DNA of 64,000 nucleotides from Vicugna vicugna. Lineage: Eukaryota. How positions within the stretch are numbered: the first letter of the stretch is position 1; each line of letters opens with the position of its first letter. Location of the stretch: NCBI GenBank assembly GCA_013265495.1, contig MU057584.1, forward strand, positions 722,608-786,607, read 5' to 3'. A program made the translations under genes and the position numbers. Under the pieces are notes generated by a model. The model was not told the origin of the DNA. It did no database searches and saw only the letters and a list, made by a program, of their open reading frames with translations. Positions 64,000 to 64,000 of the stretch are shown piece after piece.

Positions 64000-64000
64000 C

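Overview
Mammalian genomic DNA, most likely from a camelid, since four copies of a tRNA-Ala-derived Vic-1-type SINE are present. It covers the conserved EXOC3L2-MARK4-CKM block (human 19q13.32 synteny). I reconstructed by hand, with GT-AG boundaries and consistent phases: (1) a complete 11-coding-exon EXOC3L2 on the minus strand (796 aa) plus a probable non-coding exon 1; (2) a complete MARK4 on the plus strand, with both the 752-aa L and 688-aa S splice forms; (3) CKM exons 3-8 on the minus strand, whose 5' end lies beyond the window. The rest is introns and intergenic DNA with L1/L2/MIR/MaLR/DNA-transposon relics, microsatellites, strand-skewed low-complexity tracts, a 32-bp minisatellite and a 48-N gap. 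No prokaryote-type system (CRISPR etc.) is present. The most interesting, unverified leads: near-identical RFX X-boxes in the first introns of the divergent EXOC3L2 and MARK4 genes, both of which have cilia links; an NPFEE EH-domain ligand motif and a MARK/14-3-3-type site in the long EXOC3L2 N-terminus; and an apparent bias favouring conservation of the MARK4S frame in the dual-coding exons. Repeat boundaries are approximate, and comparisons with human proteins are from memory.
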